DNA of 64,000 bases, from positions 45,682,322 to 45,746,321 of the forward strand of contig NC_057718.1 in NCBI RefSeq assembly GCF_004010195.1, in the 5' to 3' direction. The position numbers and the translations under genes are program-made. The notes beneath the pieces were generated by a model that saw only the letters and a program-made list of their open reading frames with translations, was not told the DNA's origin and did not search any database. Positions 1 to 14,220 of this stretch are shown in pieces. The stretch is from Chiloscyllium plagiosum. Its lineage: Eukaryota. The first letter of the stretch is position 1; each line of letters opens with the position of its first letter.

Positions 1-829
1 AAAAAGGTTAAGAGAAAGTTTTGTTATTTCATTACTTTCCACAATTTTGGAGAGCAAAGTTAATTTACTACAAGGCAATAACTGCCAATCATCCAGACTC
101 TTTAAAGTATGAAAAGGCAGAAACTACAAGCATCTGAAATTTCAACACTGCATAAAATAAACATTGGACAATTGACAAAGAAGAGAGCCTCAGCTGATAA
201 TCAAGCAGGGTTTTTACTGGGACCCAGGTGTTCTTACAGAGTAATGGAGTTCTAGGCACTCAGTCAATCCTCATTACATACGGTTGAGGTAGCATGGAGT
301 GTGAGTGAATGAGTGTGTTTCTGGGAGCATGTGTGCCATAGTACCACAGTGGTTCTTTTTGCAACAAAGATCTTATCACTGCTGGAGGCAAGTGCCTCCA
401 TTCTCTGGAGGCAAGTGCCTGAAACTGGGAATTTTCAAGTTTCCTGCTGCCATCTTGGTAATGAAAATTCAGACTTTCATCTGACAATTTGATTATCTCC
501 TCATCTCTATGTCTGACCATCAGCACCTAAAATTACAGGTGACTGGGCTCTATGCCCTGGATCTCCCTCCATCAACTTCTTTAGGATGTTTAACTCTTCT
601 CCTTCAAGACCCCGAAAAGAATTATGTATTCAACCAAATCTTTCCATATCTCTCATTTCCTCCTTAAGCTCCAAGTTAGTTGTTTCTAATGTTCTGTGAA
701 GCACTTCAGAACTTTCTCTTTACAATAAGAGACATAATGCAAGTTTTGTACAAAAGTGACTTTATGAAAATTTGGATTAGTACAAAGTATAAAAATGGTT
801 TACTAAATCTTTCTTCTGCCATGATTTTA

Positions 830-1410
830 GTCATCCCCAGCAGGACGTCACCATAAAATTCTTATTCTCCCTCCTTTTCAGTCTTCTGCAGGAACTGTTC
901 TCTCTGCAATATCCTGTTCTATTCCTCCGTCACTCCCAAAACGACTTCAACCTGTTGTGACATCTTCCCATACAACTGCAGATGTAACATTTGTGCCTTT
1001 ACATCCTCCCTCCACTGTTCAAAGCCCCAAAACACATTCCAGTGATTTACTTCAATGTTTTCAATCTAGTCTATCATATTCCCTGCTCACAATAGAAGCT
1101 TCTCCAAATTGTTGAGACTAAATGTAGACTAGGTGACCACTCTGTAAAACCTTGGCTCTATCTAGATCTTTTTGCTACCATTAGTACACACTTTGCCTTT
1201 TTCTCGGAGGAACCATTCACAACTGTTCCACTTGCTCCTACTCCCCTTTTTATCTACAGCGTAAAACTCACTTTTCTAGCCCCTATCAATTATGAAGAGT
1301 CATTAAACTCAAAGTTAACTGTTTCTCTTTCCACAGGTGCTGTCAGATCAGCAGAGTTTCTCCAGCTCTTCTGTTTTATAATTCGGATCACCAGCATTCA
1401 GGGTATTTTA
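830..1410 (+). mobile_element. Penelope-like retroelement remnant (GIY-YIG endonuclease fragment plus terminal repeat)
   Basis: Degenerate translation of ~960-1150 resembles the PLE endonuclease region (FP.N.RCN.C.FTSS...PK..F...NLVY.I.C......ETK.RLGD). 1290-1410 matches the terminal repeat also seen at 22450-22572, 55076-55220 and 59625-59875. Confidence 0.6.
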
Positions 1411-3299
1411 TTTTTAACTTTCATTTTCTTTGTTGAAACATTATGATAATCTAACATCTATCATAAAATGTGTAAGTATTTCAGTTTTGCCATTTATTGG
1501 CTGGCACCACTTTTTGCCCAACAGGTTCATGAGACAGTCAAGCCTAAAATTAAGTTTAATAAGCATGGCATTAAAATTATGCAACTTTATAGAGAGTAGG
1601 GCTCACTTACATGACCAATCCTCAGATATAAAAAGGTCAAAAATGCATCTATGGTAAAAATGCAAACAAAGACTCAATAATATAAATACCTTGCCGATGA
1701 GAGTGGTGGAAACAAATTGAATCACAGTGTTCAAAAAGAAATTGGACATCTGAAGTGAAAAGATTTTGTACAGCTACGAGGAAGGGGTGGGATACAGCCA
1801 ACATAGACTTGATGGGGCAAATAGCCCCCTTTGGTGTTGTAACTATTCTGTCACTGCATGTGATGTCAAGGAAAATATGCAAGGACCCAAAAGAGGAACA
1901 TTGCAAGGAGGTTTGTTATTGGCTAAGAGTCTGGATATATGATTTGCTATTTTCTGCAACAGAAAGATGAAGTGAAATGGTCTGTCCCGACTGGTAAGAC
2001 ATTTTAGACTTTTATAGGCAACTTGATTTGCCAATAAAACAAAGACAGCATTTAATTTAACCATATAAATAGGTTTGATTAAAAAAAAGACCAAAACCAA
2101 ATGAAAAGGCAGTCCCTTTAGTCTTAGGCCATGTTTCTAAAACTGATATATACAATCTCAAAGCAAAAAACTTGCTTACAAAAACAGACCAACATGTAAA
2201 CATTAATTTCACAGAATCAATGACCTATGTGAAATACAACTCTGTTCCAAGATAAGCTGGCTCTAGTGTCACTTTGTCAAACAGATTTCAGGTTTCTCAG
2301 TTAGATAAAGATGGTTTCAAAATGGGTTGACGTGTCGCAACCAAGGTTCAAATGTTATTTGGCCTTGAAGCAGTCACCAGTCTTCGAGCACAAAGCTGGA
2401 TAAACATACTTAAAAATGATAAGATAGCCAGTGCATTGATCTCTTTCTAGCACTTTTAAAACAAAATTTGATTCATAGGTTTCTAAGTCAATCACTCAAC
2501 AGATAAGTTAAAGAAATACCGAGCTTTCATAGACAATTTTAATTTACAACACTGACAAACAGGAGAACATGGACTAATAAAACGTTGATTATATAATAAA
2601 TCACAATTTTTTCTTGTATTCTGTGTTACCACCTCTCTCAGCACATTTTATTGCTTTTTTTTGTTTACAACAGTTGTTCATACAAGGTATATTATTTTGA
2701 GGTTTCATCTGATTCTTTAAATGAAGTTAGGCCCCATAACATACAGTAAGATAAGCAATTGATACATCACAAAGAAGTATATCTATTTTAAGAGACACTG
2801 ATAGCTGAAATTGAGAGATTGTATCTTTTTGTAAACATCTAATTAAAAAACCCTCTCCACCATGTAACCAACTGCAATCTTCAAGAATATTAGTATCAAG
2901 GTATGATCTATTTAATTCCAAACATAAAGGAATATTTCCTTGTGATCTTTATGTAGGCAAGCAGATGGCAAATAGGTTAGAACTAATAAAGTCAATTACA
3001 ATTACTTAGGGAGGGAAACAAGTTTGTGAAAAATGGTTCTTAATAAACAAAATATGGATAATTATACCACAGATTGAGAAAATAGATTGCTGGGCTATTA
3101 AAAAGTGAGAACATTTGAATTGACTTAATCATAATTTTCCAAAGCTCTGACTGTATGTATCCATTTAAAAAGAGAGTCAATATAGATATTAGTTGAGCAT
3201 CACCTGTGGGAAAGTTTTTGAAATCTATCAGGGACAGGCATGATTGATCATTTATCCACTGATCAGAGAGACATGGCATAGATATGTGACAATAAGTGA

Positions 3300-4780
3300 C
3301 ACCTATGTAATCTAGTGGCAAGTTTTGTGAAGGTCACCACCATGGTGGATAGGAAAGTACATTGTACGTTGTCTAAGGACTTCCAGAGGTCCCTCAATAA
3401 GGTTTAACTCAAAAGATTAACAAAACTTAATGTGACATGGGTTGGTAATTGGGTGAGAAGTAGGAGACAGAGTGAGGAAATACGGAACATTCTGATTGAT
3501 GCAATATGAAAAGTGGAATTCCCCAATAATCTGTACAATAGCCTCAGCTATCCAGCTTTCTACAAAAAATCAAAAGAGAAAAAAGCAAGGTATATGTCAG
3601 AGTTCTCAAATGACAAAAAGTTAAGAAGCATAATGAGCTGTGTGGGTAGGAAGTGGTGTTACAAAGGGACCAAAAGATAAACTGGGCAAACTGGCCAATG
3701 GGAGCTGGGATTCAATGTGGTGAAGTATGAATTCATCTACTTTGAAAAACATATTGTTATGACAGTGATAAATATGGATTATTAATTTTCAAATTTCATC
3801 AACAAATTTTAAGACCTGCGATTTCATGGATTTCAAAAAGGAAAACACTGATTTTAAATGGCCATGACAATCAGCAGACTACAGGTTGGTGCAGTCAAGA
3901 AACCAACAAGAGATAATCATAGACTGTCTAAATCCAAATTAACATTTTATCAAAAGGCAATGAAAATAGTAAACCCAATCAGCCATGAAGCAACATTTGT
4001 CTATTTTGACTTACATATTTATGTGAATTGTTACAAATTGGAAACTGAACCTCAACTATAATTAGTAAATCTACAAAAAAGCTTCTACTAATGGAATACA
4101 CAAAACAAGCTTGTATTTCAAGGAACTATTTTGGCAGAGATGGGGAATTGGATTTTTGAATACAACTGGAACCATCTGGACACAAATCACTGGGATCCAG
4201 ATAAACAAGTTCCAGCAAGTGTAAGCTTAGGACTTGTGACTTCCAATAAGCGTCTTTTTTTTAAAAAAAAGCCAAAACACCTTTTTGTTGACCTTTTAGC
4301 AAAATCAAATTTGCATTACCTCAGTGTTTCAATCAACCAATTTTCACTATCCCTTAAACAGGAATCCTCAAAAATACTGATAGTGAAAGCATCTTCATGA
4401 CAGTGTAGTCAGTTAGAGGCTTGGGCAAATAAAGAAATAAAACTGAAGAGGTGAATGGAACAGGAGTAGCAATTCTAAAGATGAAGGAGGAACGCTCATT
4501 GGTCAGGCCCATCTGGGGTACTCCATTTAATTTTGGACAATGTGCCTCAGTTAAGATAGATTAACCTTACAGGGTGTACAGAACTAAATTTAATTAAAAT
4601 AATTAGGGGGTTGGAGTGTTAAATTAAGAGAGCAGTTGCATAAATTTGCTTCGTATTCCCTAGCAGTTAGTAGGTTGAGAAGTGATCTAACGGAGGTGTT
4701 TAAAATGAAGCGATTTGATTGGGGTATATATAAAGAAAATATTTCCTCAAGTAAGGGAATCTTATGCTCAGACATGAAAC
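3300..4780 (+). mobile_element. Old CR1 ORF2 fragments (~3300-3745 and ~4480-4780)
   Basis: Decayed matches to the D.VYLDFQKAFDKV and LVRPHLEYCVQFW...RGDLIEVFK regions seen in younger CR1 copies in this window. Confidence 0.5.
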
Positions 4781-7149
4781 TTCACTTATATTAATTTTCC
4801 TTTGGTAAAAGGTACACACTCATGCTGGGAGGGGTTCCACTAAACCACGGCATCCTAGAATAATGAACTCAAATAGATAATCATAAAGATGGAATAACAT
4901 TGGCAATATTGGAGATATTTCAGATCAGTCATTCACAAATGAAAGCAGAATTTTTTTTCGTTAAAATGTACACTGCAACCTTTCCAGTTTGGACATCTAG
5001 AATCAGGAAACACCAATTATCTGGAATGTACTTGCAGCTGAGAAATGGCAGATACAGCGTCAGAGTCTACAGCATGTAAAAAAGCCATTTGGCCATCATA
5101 TCTGCACCAGTCAAAACAACTATCTAAACTATTTTGCAACACATGGCCTGTAGCCCCAAATGCCTCCTCTGTGGTAATACTGGGGAATAGATGGAGGACT
5201 TTTCTCTCCAAGCCTCTAGTGGGATGTCCCTGGATCCCTGATCCACTGGATCAATGCCCACACAAAAAAAAAAGAGGGTTGGATGTTGGGGACAAACTAC
5301 TCACTAAATTTGAAGTTCACTGCTGAAAGTTTTCTAAGAGGGTTAAAGATCTTTTGTGTGTCAGAGGAGTGCAACTCAGTGACTGACTGAATGTTAGAAA
5401 ATTTTAGAGGTTACATGGCTGAGGCAAGAAGTGAGAGTAGATTTCATACTTTCAGTTTCTGTTCCAGTTTGGCTATTGTAAGGCTTCTAATCCCTAGTCT
5501 GCAAGTCTGCTTCACAGGTTTTGGCAATCTAGACCAAAAGTGGAGAAAGGGGACTAATAACAGTGTTTTATCACACTAATAGTAAATATGAACAATCAAC
5601 TTTCAACTTCCATCATCTGGTTTTCATACCCAAGACATTCATAAACTAAAAAGGTATTTTTAAAGACCACACATACTGATCTAGATGACCTGACTACAGA
5701 CAGGTTTAAGAAGCTCAATGGAATATACTCAACTGGCTACACTGAAATGACCATTTCATTTCAATACAATTAAACCAAACAACTAAATTAGCTTCAATAG
5801 ACTTGTATTTGTCATTTAATTCACACTTGCATGATAAGTTTAATACTGGGAGATTTATTTGGGAGCTTACGTACTGTGGAGTATTCAGCATGGAAACATA
5901 ATGGAGCTACACTCTGGAATATACCAGTTAAACATGTTTCAATAGGACAAAATGCAGATTTAAATCTCATATTTGTGGTTGAGCATTCCAAACCTTTTTT
6001 GTTATCTAGAAAACTCCAACATCTAGAAAAACCATTATCCCAATTATTTGAGACTGTGGAAATTGTAGCGAAAAGTTAGCAAGATCAGGAACACTCAATC
6101 AAAACTGATTTTAAACTAAAATTTTCAACAGTGTGTTTGCCATATTTTTGTGATATAAATCTGCCAAACTCTAACAGAATGGTGGAGGAAGTTTGAGGGG
6201 CTTAATGGTATTACCAGTTTCTACATCTCTCCTCAAGATCCTCACAAATCAAGGGTGGTCGATTGGAGGCATGGCATTTGCAAAATAACCTTACTTTATA
6301 CATACAATAGCTCTCTGTCTTCAAAGTAAATAATTTACTTTACCTAATTTGGAATTCTTTGTATATCTTTTGGATCTTTCCTCAAGTGACACCACTCCAG
6401 GAGGATTGATCATCAACTCCAAGCATCACAAAGACACCTTTTCAGGACTGTCTGTTCTTAGCAGGCAAATATTGCAGTAAAGTTTACTCAAATGTCTTGA
6501 AAGATCATCTATTTGAAATATTTTGCAATATTTTGCTTAGTAAAATAGTTTCAGGGCTGATGAGGGTCAATCTCTTTCTGTAAACTAGTGAGCTATTACC
6601 CTTGCACTAGTCATTCATAAATCCTAATTCAATATAATACAAAGTAGTCAACCTCCTGACACTCTGATTTTTGTCTACACTGTATGATACAGCTTTTCTG
6701 TTAACTAATGTGGGCAGCATGATAAGGTTGAGTGTAATCTGGTTGTGGGAGCAGCAAAGGCATGATCTACGTAGATGAGCTAAACAAGATATAGCTAGTA
6801 GCAAATGAATATAGTATTAATAGTTCATGGGTCACAAGTGTCATGTGAGACAAATCAGAAAGGATGCTGTTTACATGATCTTGTGTGAAATCAAATATTC
6901 AGGCCTGAGGCTACAAGAGAAAAAGTGATTTCATAAAAGGAAAATAATAATGGTTGAGCAATAAAATACTAATGAGCAACCTGCTAGGGTCTCCTGCAAA
7001 ATGAAATGGAAATCCCATTATGTCGCTGAGTTTTAATGCCAAAAAAAGGGGATCTCAGTCCTTTTTCACATAATTCTTTGGATCGAGTTGGCCAACTGTG
7101 AAATACAGTCAGTTAGTCATTCTGTGTAGACTCCAACATTAAACATCAG

Positions 7150-7505
7150 CCTTTGTTCACTGGTAGCAGTTTCATATTAGATCTAGGTGATAAGGTTAAC
7201 CCTTATCTAGGACATAACTAGTGCTAAAGGAATGTTGCATTATCTCTGATGTCATCTTCCTGAAGCGGTGGAGAATTCTGACTAAGAACAGTGAAGGTCT
7301 TCAATGTCCGAGCTAACATTCATCACTCAACCACTAAACTTTTCATTTTTGTCTTTGCTGTTTGTTGGGAGCTCTTCGTATGCAAATGGATAACTTGTTG
7401 GTCTAAAAGACAATTAAGTACATTTCAAAAGTTATTAATTGACCGTTCACCATTTATAATGCCCTGAAGATGCGAAAGGAACTGTAAATGCAAGTCATTA
7501 CTTTC
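7150..7505 (+). mobile_element. Ancient Deu-domain-type SINE (SacSINE1/AmnSINE-like)
   Basis: Degenerate tRNA-like head, central tgctgtttg..ggga..tt...gtatgcaaatgg segment, and L2-type tail ending ctgtaaatgcaagtc; recognised from memory. Confidence 0.45.
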
Positions 7506-7625
7506 TTCCTGAATGAAAAGTACCACTGGCTCCACAGCCTCCCCTTTAAATGAGAGACAGGGTCTTCACAAACAATTCAATAATTAGCAAAGAATCTCAA
7601 CAGTGTCCCTCACCTCAAATCTTAC

Positions 7626-7746
7626 CAGTTCTTGTGAACATCTGATAATAATCTAGCTACTAAATTGAACAAAAGATGAAGGAGGTATTCTGTTAACAGC
7701 ATGCTGGAACTAACTCTATTGAGGGTGATAGCCTGGGTTAGTGCAC
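7626..7746 (-). other. Candidate 121-bp exon of minus-strand transcript
   Basis: Acceptor ttttttttccctcatctgcAG and donor ctg|GTaaga; one frame is open throughout (ALTQAITLNRVSSSMLLTEYLLHLLFNLVARLLSDVHKN). No homology recognised. Confidence 0.3.
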
Positions 7747-9059
7747 CTGCAGATGAGGGAAAAAAAAGGTAATTTATTCTGTACATTACAGAGACCAACT
7801 TATCAAATTCTCGAACCTGTAAAGCAGGAATAGTTGCATTCAAAATAAATGTACTGGAACAATCAGATGCTAAAAAGGAGCGACAAGACAGTACGAAACC
7901 TCCAAATGTTTTGTTAATGGGTAAAAATAGGCACTAAATTGGTCCAATGTCCATAAGTCCAGACTTTAACAGAGTGTAGTCTTAATTCTAAGAGCAAATT
8001 ATAATATAAACTTCCCTAGGTGTTCTAAAAAGACACCCTGCAGCTTTAGCACTGAAATGTAGATGAGAATGCCACTGAACATGCAGAGTCCTTCGATTGG
8101 CACATGGCAGCACATTGCACTGAAGGAGAAGGCACACTGGATTTTAAATGTAGCACCAGAAATCCTACTGGAGGTGGTCCTAAACTGTGGGGTACCTTGT
8201 AACTGCAGGGGAGAAGAACATCATTGCCTTTTTGTAACTGTCACCTGCAGCGGCTGGTGCTGCTCCCCTCCCACTCCCCACTCAGGCAAAGGGGGACCTC
8301 TAGCAAGATACCCATGAAGAAGCATTCCCTTCCACTTTCCATTTCTTATAAGAGCTGTTCACTAAGATGGTTAGCAAAGCAGTTACTTCTTTGAGTAATG
8401 CCCTCAGTGAATTTCCAGAATAAACGTCACTCAAGTGTTGTTAAAAGACTTGATAAACAGCTCAAAATCTCCTGACACATTTTAGATATCATCTTCACAT
8501 CTTCAACAATAATAACTGCAAAATGGTGAGCATCCCTTTAAATAGTGCTTGAAATTGGCATTACTGCACTGTTTAACCTCAACCAGGCTAGTTGCTGTCA
8601 GGACAGGGTGTTAACACAAGTGCTCGCTGCCAAAATACCATGCAAACTTTGATAGACGCTAGCAGCCATTTTAGATAGCAATCAGCTACTAACCATTCTT
8701 AGGATTTGCTTCAATCACTTCACAAATAGGCACTTGGTCTAAACACAAGCTAAATGGACATTTCAGTTTAAAGACACCAAATTGGCCATCTCCAGCTCTT
8801 AGATGACCAAAGCTTTTGGTGAAAATTGACACCATAATTCTCCAAAAGCACATAATTTAATTTAGGCTTTATTACATTGCTTCAAGCCAAATACAATCAC
8901 AAGAAAGACAATAAGTCAATAAGACAATAAGTAGGTAATGTTCCATTAATGCAAATTTACAAACTGTATGTGTGTTGTGGAATGGAATAGATAAGGGTGG
9001 AAGGTGTAGTAACAAATCATTTTAAATACAAAGCAAGTACAAATTCAAAACTGATGTCA

Positions 9060-9450
9060 TTTCTTGCAGAAAAACAACTTACATTTTTTCAAAGAGTTTT
9101 GTTGTGTTCAATAATTTTGCAAGAAATACAAGTATAAAGAGAAAACAATATTTATACTGAAGTAGAGGGGAATTGAGGTGTTGCCATGAATAATGCAGCA
9201 GTTAGATGATGACTAGTGTTAGCTATTGAGTTTTATTTAAATTTTAAAACCAGGCAGGTTGACTCGGATTCTCATAGCAATTCTAACCAATAAATTAGAG
9301 AATGGCTGTCACCTAAATTGTTCAAATGAAACAGGCACAGTATGTGTACATGTACTTTCCGTTTGCAAAGAACAGAACCATTAATGTGTGCAGCCTCCAG
9401 TATATATACCTGCACCACACGGAGTCACACTGAACTCAAAATGTTAATTT
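9060..9450 (-). repeat. Interspersed repeat (probably Penelope-type tail); second copy at ~14860-15175 (+)
   Basis: Reverse complement of 9150-9270 aligns with 14905-15050 (gagt.aac.tg.....g.ttaaaatttaaa.aaa...agtcatca.cta.ctg.tgcatt). Confidence 0.45.
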
Positions 9451-9764
9451 CACGGTAAACTTTCCTAGCTCCTCAACGACGCGGGCAAATTAGTTAGGAA
9501 ATTGTTACCGAATAAAGTAAGTGTGACCGAGAAAAAGAAAATCTGATTCTGGAACCAGGTTTTGAATGGAGATATGAGAAAGTATAATGGATTGAGAATA
9601 GCACAGATCTTGTAGCTACTCATGAGACTGCAGGCTGACTTCTAGATTTCTTCTTACACAGTTATTTCATTTCAGCAATATAAGCTATTTATTTGAATTC
9701 ATTTTTGGTTCTTTTGGAGTCAAAGATGCAATAAAAGCACATGATTTTAATTTCAAACTGAGTT

Positions 9765-10990
9765 AGAGTCAAAGAGTCAGAGATGTACAGACCCTTCGAT
9801 CCAACTCGTCATACCGACCAGATATCCCAACCAAATCTAGTCCCACTTACCAGCACCCAGCCCAGATCCCTCCAAACTCTTCCTACTCATATACCCATCC
9901 AGATACCTTTTAAATGTTGCAATATTATCTAGCCCCCACCACTTCCTCTGGCAACTCATTCCAGACATGTACCACCCTCTGCCTGAAAACATAGCCCCTT
10001 AGGTCCCTTTTGTATCTTTTCCCCCTCACCCTAAACCTATGTCCTCTAGTTCTGAACTCCCCCATCCCAGGGAAAATACTTGGTCTATTTATCCTATCCA
10101 TGCCCTTCATGATTTTATAAACCTCTATAAGGTCACCCCTCAGCCTCAGACGCTCCAGGGAAAACAGCGCCAGCCTATTCAACCTCTCCCTTTAGCTCAA
10201 ATCCTCCAACCCTGGCAACATCCTTGTAAATCTTTTCTGAACCCTTTCAAGTTTCACAACATCCTTCTGATAGGAAGGTGACCAGAATTGCACGCAATAT
10301 TCCAAAAGTGGCCTAACCAATGTCCTGTACAGCCGCAACATGACCTCCCAATTTCTTTACTCAATGCTCTGACCGATAAAGGAAAACATACCAAACACTC
10401 CCTTCACTATCCTATCTACCTGTGACTCCACTTTCAAGGAGCTATGAACCTGCACTCCAAGGTCTCTTTGTTCAGCAACACTCTCTAGGACCTTATCATT
10501 AAGTGTAAAAGTCCTGCAAAATTTGTTTTCCCAAAATGCAGTACCTTGCATTTATCTAAATTAAACTCTATCTGCCACTCCTCCACCCATTGGCCCATCT
10601 GATCATGATCCCATTGTAATCTGAGGTGACCTTCTTCGCTATCCACTACACCTCCAATTTAGGTGTCATCTGCAAAAAGTTAACTATACCTCTTATGCTC
10701 ACATCATTTATATAAATGATGAAAAGTAATGGACCCAGCACCAATCCTTGTGGCACTGCACTGGTCACAGGCTTCCAGTCTGAAAAATAACCCTCCACCA
10801 ACACCCTCTGTTTTCTACCTTCGAGCCACTTCTATATCCAAATGGCTCCTTCTCCCTGTATTCCATGAGATCTATCTTTGTTAACCAGTCTCACATGGGG
10901 AGCCTTGTCAAATGCCTTATTGAAGTCTATATGGATCACATCTACCACTCTGCCCTCAATCCTCTTTGTCACTTCTTCAAAAAACTCAAT
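9765..10990 (-). mobile_element. CR1 LINE 3' fragment (RT C-terminus plus 3'UTR)
   Basis: ORFs 9925-10182 (RLRGDLIEVYKIMKGMDR...WNELPEEVV) and 10357-10551 (EQRDLGVQVHSSLK); short-repeat tail near 9765. Confidence 0.95.
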
Positions 10991-11244
10991 CAATCAATCA
11001 ATCGAGGACGAGTGGTTTTAAATTCAATTGGTCAGCTAAGTGGTTGATTTTATTTAAGATTCATAGGTTTGTTTTTTTAAAATTTCTTATTTTGGCATGC
11101 TTAATTCTTTGGGTAAAGAAAGGTAGTTTACTTTATACATAAAGACGCTATTCAAAATTCCTTGCTTTTAGACTTAATATCACGGAGGGCATAAACAGAC
11201 ACAGTGAGATGGCTATTTAAATTTAGAGACATTATTACACAACA

Positions 11245-12420
11245 GGATTAGATAGACAGGTGACTGTCAGGAAAGGTAAGAAGGTAGTTCAGAAGTCTCC
11301 TGTGGCTATTCCTCTCTCAAACAGATGCTAAGGTTGGGTACTGTTGAAAGGGATAGTCTGAGAAAAATAGAACAGGCAGTCAAGTCTTGGGCACTAAGAA
11401 TGAATCTTATGTTAAGCCATGTTTGACAAACTTTAAAAGAATAATTGGACTATCCCATCAGGGGTACAAACAGGGGATTCTGTGGCAGTGAGTGTGAATC
11501 TAGGGTAGTATGTTGCTTTCCTGGTGCCAGGATTAAGGATATCTCAAAATGTTTGAAGCATATTGTTAATGGGGAGAGTGAGAAGTCAAAAGTTATTGAA
11601 CACATTCGTAGGAATAACCTAGTTAGGGAAAAGAAGGTGTTTAGCATGTTTGCCTTCATAGCTCAGATCTTTGAGTATAGGAGTTGGAACATCATGTTGA
11701 GATTGTACAGAGGAGATTGGTGAAGCCCCTTCTTGAGTACTATGTCCAGTTTTGGTCACCCTGTTATAGGAAGGATATTATCAAACCGGAAGGGCTTCAA
11801 TAAAGATTTACCAGAATGTTGCCAAGAATGAAGGGCTGGAGTTACAAGGAGAGGGTGCAACTATTTTCACTGGAGTGTAGGAGGTTGAGGTGACCTTATA
11901 GAAGTTTATAAAATCATGGACATGGATAGGATAAATAGCAAGATTCTTTTCCCATGGTTGGGGGTCGAAAACTACAGGATGATCTGCTATAACATGACAG
12001 CTGCGTTCCTCTGCAACCCTACGCTACAGAAAATAGAGCTGTACAATCACTATAGAAAACTACCATACCCGTTCATTGGAAGTTTGCATGATTCAGGGTC
12101 TACAATTTAATCGCATTATAGCCAACTCGTGTTAATGAAACATTACACCAGAACGATCTGTATATTTAAGGCAAGAGAGGAATGATTTAATAAAGAAGCT
12201 AAGGGGTAACTTTTTCAAGCAGATGGTGGTGCGTGTATGGAACAAGGATTTGGTGGAGGCTGGCACAATTACAACATTTAAAAGGCACCTGGATGGATCT
12301 ATGAATAGGAAGTGTATTAGGGATATGGGCCAAATGCTGGCAAATGGGAATAGGCCAGATTGGGATGTCTAGTCAGCATGGATGAATTGGTCCGTAGGGT
12401 CTATTTCCATGCTGTATAAC
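11245..12420 (+). mobile_element. Internally deleted CR1: ORF1 esterase fragment joined to ORF2 C-terminus, interrupted by a MITE
   Basis: ORF 11445-11723 starts with an SGNH-esterase-like ORF1 segment (IRGTNRGFCG...SRVVCCFPGARIKDI) and switches at ~11630 to ORF2 (VFSMFAFIAQIFEYRSWNIMLRLY); CR1 3'UTR follows to ~12420. Confidence 0.85.
11975..12160. mobile_element. Tc1/mariner-pogo-type MITE
   Basis: TA|cag...ctg|TA with imperfect TIRs (caggatgatctgctataa / cagatcgttctggtgtaa); interrupts CR1 sequence; related copy in opposite orientation at 45573-45772. Confidence 0.7.
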
Positions 12421-13269
12421 TAATTCTCAGCATGAAACTCAGGAACAAGTACCAGGTAGCTCCAGATTAATATCTGCTCCTCCTTGTATCCATCTTGCAT
12501 AGCAGTCCCTACATCTCAGGTTCCACTCCAGAGGTTGGCATCAAACACGCATCAGCCTCACCACATCCCTATGGCACATTTCCTACTCAATTAGAATACA
12601 GTTTTCCTCTTAATTACTATAATTTGAAGAAGTGAACCTGGATCTATTGTTGCTGCCAGGCCAGTTTTTGCATTGATCTTTTAGCCTGAGTGGATTGCGT
12701 TGTGTTTTACCGCAGAGGAATTTGGGGTGTGGGGAGGTAGGGGGTCATCTTGTCACAGTTGGTAGCAATGATCAATTAAGCAGTGGACATGTTGCTGACA
12801 GCATGTGCCAGCAGCTTACACAACAAACACACATCAGCTGCTTCATTCAAATGGACACGTCTCAAAAGGTGAGGTCTCAGTCAAATCAAGTGGACTGTCA
12901 GTCAGTCAATTGGGGGTCCTGCTGTAGGTTAGTCAAGGGAAGAATCTGATCTCAGTGCAGAAGCTTGGACACAGTCAGAAGGCCACTTGGAGTCATCGGG
13001 GTCAGGATTTCCATATTACAGTATGGGGAGTAGGCCAATGTGCTCTTATTTAAATGTTGCTTTTCTTGGGTGATATGGTGATTGGATGGGGGTGGGTAGT
13101 CGCAAGGATTCAGTAATTTTACCACACTAAACCATTTCTTCTGGAATTTGTGCAGCACGGCTTCTGCCGCATACAAAGGAATAAGGTCCATGTAAAGGCA
13201 TTCCATAGCGAGCCTTGTTGGACACAGAAGTAGAATGGAGGGCCAGGGTTTATCATCTTTGATGTCATT

Positions 13270-14220
13270 TCTTGCAGAGGGATCATCGCAGACAGAGGGT
13301 ATCCAGGGATACTGTCACAGACAGTGCCAAATGCTGGAGTGGGGCCTGTGACCTGAAGGGTAGGTTGCCATCCCATCCTGGTGCCAGTCAAGGTGACAGC
13401 AGAGTTTCGTTTTTATGCAACACTTTTATTTTTATTTTTATTGCGTCCAATGATCCACTAGGGATATATGTGGGATCTCTCAATTCTCAACACACAAATG
13501 AATTAAAGGTGATACCAATGCAATATATGCCAGATCACACAACTTGATCTGGTTTCGCTGTGATGAAGTCAATGTTGTAGACCAGGCAGTAAAGTCTGCC
13601 AATATCGCTAGCTTCCTCCAGGTGCAGGGCATTATACAGACTGCACACATATTGCTTTGAGAGGCTAATATCATACAGCAGACATTACAAACAAGAATGC
13701 TCCAACATTCAAGTCATGTGTGATCATCTGCACCATATCTTAGAAGTCTGTGCCAAGCGCCCTAGAATGTGCCATGACACATATCTTTCCAAACCCTCAA
13801 TTCCATTTCCAGGTCTGAATACCTTACAAGGGTGGTTACTGGGAGACAAAGGCTACCTTCTGCAAACACATCTGATGACTCTTACGAAGCCACTTGACTG
13901 AGGCAGAGTGCAGATACAACACAGCCCATTCGTCGACCTGGGTCAGGCAGACACATATACACGCATCAGATTCAGTGTAGTTCAATTTATTAGTATTTCT
14001 TAGCTGAGACAGTGTGAAAGTGGCTATAATGGATGCTGAGGAGCTGGCAGAGTGACAGCATTCCTCTATGGAGCAACATGAAAACATTGAGAAAAAGGAA
14101 CATCACATTCAGCATGATAGAATTGTGCAGCATTGGGCACAACAAGTCAGACAAGACTCGATTGATACCTGCTTCCAATATATGTGACATGGGTGCAATG
14201 ATCACTCATGGATGGTAAAG
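13270..14220 (+). pseudogene. Decayed PIF/Harbinger (HARBI1-like) DDE transposase
   Basis: Across frameshifts: RVSRDTVTD, PVKVTA, DICGISQ, IASFLQVQGI.DCTHIALR, NIQVMCDH..HILEVCAKRP..CHD, GWLLGDKGY.LQT.LMT, TEAECRYNTAH; these are the ordered Harbinger catalytic motifs. Confidence 0.8.

Noticed and set aside
382..420. 16-bp direct repeat ctggaggcaagtgcct with small hairpin
   Set aside because: Probably a simple slippage duplication with no further structure.
13270..14220. Domesticated HARBI1 gene
   Set aside because: Multiple frameshifts and stops; it is a transposon fossil.
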